A model generated the notes under the pieces. The model was given only the letters and a program-made list of their open reading frames with translations, searched no databases and was not told where the DNA came from. From Eledone cirrhosa (Eukaryota), in NCBI GenBank assembly GCA_964016885.1, contig OZ024759.1, positions 36,580,001 to 36,644,000 on the forward strand: a stretch of DNA of 64,000 bases. The letters are read 5' to 3'. How positions within the stretch are numbered: position 1 is the first letter of the stretch; every line of letters starts with the position of its first letter. The position numbers were made by a program, and so were the translations under genes. Of the stretch, positions 63,153 through 64,000 are shown piece after piece.

Positions 63153-63623
63153 AACCAGTAAGACCCCGACAGCTGAGCTCAAGCCGTTTCGACGGCTAAT
63201 TAGCCGTCGAAACGGCTTGAGCTCAGCTGTTGGGGTCTTACTGGTTCCTATTACCCACTCTACTACCCCAAGTATTGAGTACTTTGGTGCATTATGGTTC
63301 ACCTGTTCCCTTACCACATTTCCTTCGTTATATATATATAGTTGTAATAAAATGAAAACGAAATTTCATTTCTCACTCTTAGTACGGCACTTACTTAAAT
63401 GTAAGTATGTATGTATACGCACATACATATATGTATACAGACGTACAGTAGCATGCATATATATATATACATATATACACATATACATACAGGTACACAT
63501 ACATATATGTGCGTATCAGTTTAGCGGACGCTTATTATAACGCCCGCTTTGTTCGTTATATATATATGCATGCTACTGTACGTCTGTATACATATATGTA
63601 TGTGCGTATACATACATACTTAC

Positions 63624-63662
<39 letters not shown>

Positions 63663-63703
63663 CATACTAGCGTGGAAAAATGGACATTAAACGGTGATGA
63701 TGA

Positions 63704-63736
<33 letters not shown>

Positions 63737-63929
63737 GATTTCTACTTTTGGCACAAGGCCAGCAATTATCTCAGTATATCACTGGTACTTTATTTTATCG
63801 ACCTTGTAAGGATGAAAGGCAAAATTAACCTCGGCGGGATTTGTATGCAAAAGTAAACAGAAACAACAAAGCAAACACAGCTCAATGAAGAAATATATTA
63901 GTTTAATGCTTGATATAGTAGGAAAAGAG

Positions 63930-63965
63930 TCTGTATGTTTCAGGCACTAGTCCTTCATCAGAAGA
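63930..63965 (-). ncRNA. Degenerate minimal hammerhead motif, same family as 33068
   Basis: tctt CTGATGA aggactagtgcct GAAAC ata caga; downstream cttttcctactatatcaagc matches 33104 onward. Confidence 0.6.
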
Positions 63966-64000
63966 TAGAATCAGAAATAAAAGATAAAGTAGAAAGATAG

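Overview
This is AT-rich, microsatellite-laden animal genomic DNA. The SINE/RTE repertoire and repeat style suggest an octopod cephalopod (inference). Three spliced genes can be reconstructed: the 3' end of importin beta-1 (KPNB1, +), a complete 7-exon JMJD4 (-, 457 aa), and a 2-coding-exon CNPase-like gene (+, ~866 aa). The CNPase-like gene has an intact P-loop kinase half, degenerate 2H catalytic motifs and a ~485-aa insert containing a tandem repeat. Its intron holds an apparently intact 5.7-kb Tx1-type LINE sitting in a (GATA/GACA)n array. A second, 5'-truncated relative at 47.5 kb is flanked by a 16-bp (AGAT)4 duplication, which suggests GATA-microsatellite targeting. The rest is repeat-derived: RTE fragments, tRNA-SINEs, a decayed mariner, piggyBac/hAT/Tc1 MITEs and a Helitron. 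There are also about 11 complete or partial type-I hammerhead ribozyme motifs in short, often fold-back, (TA)n-associated elements resembling Penelope pLTR remnants. One of them is preceded by 20 reiterations of its own 12-nt terminus separated by (TA)n. Most ORFs in the supplied track are microsatellite artefacts. All calls are by eye; repeat boundaries are approximate.
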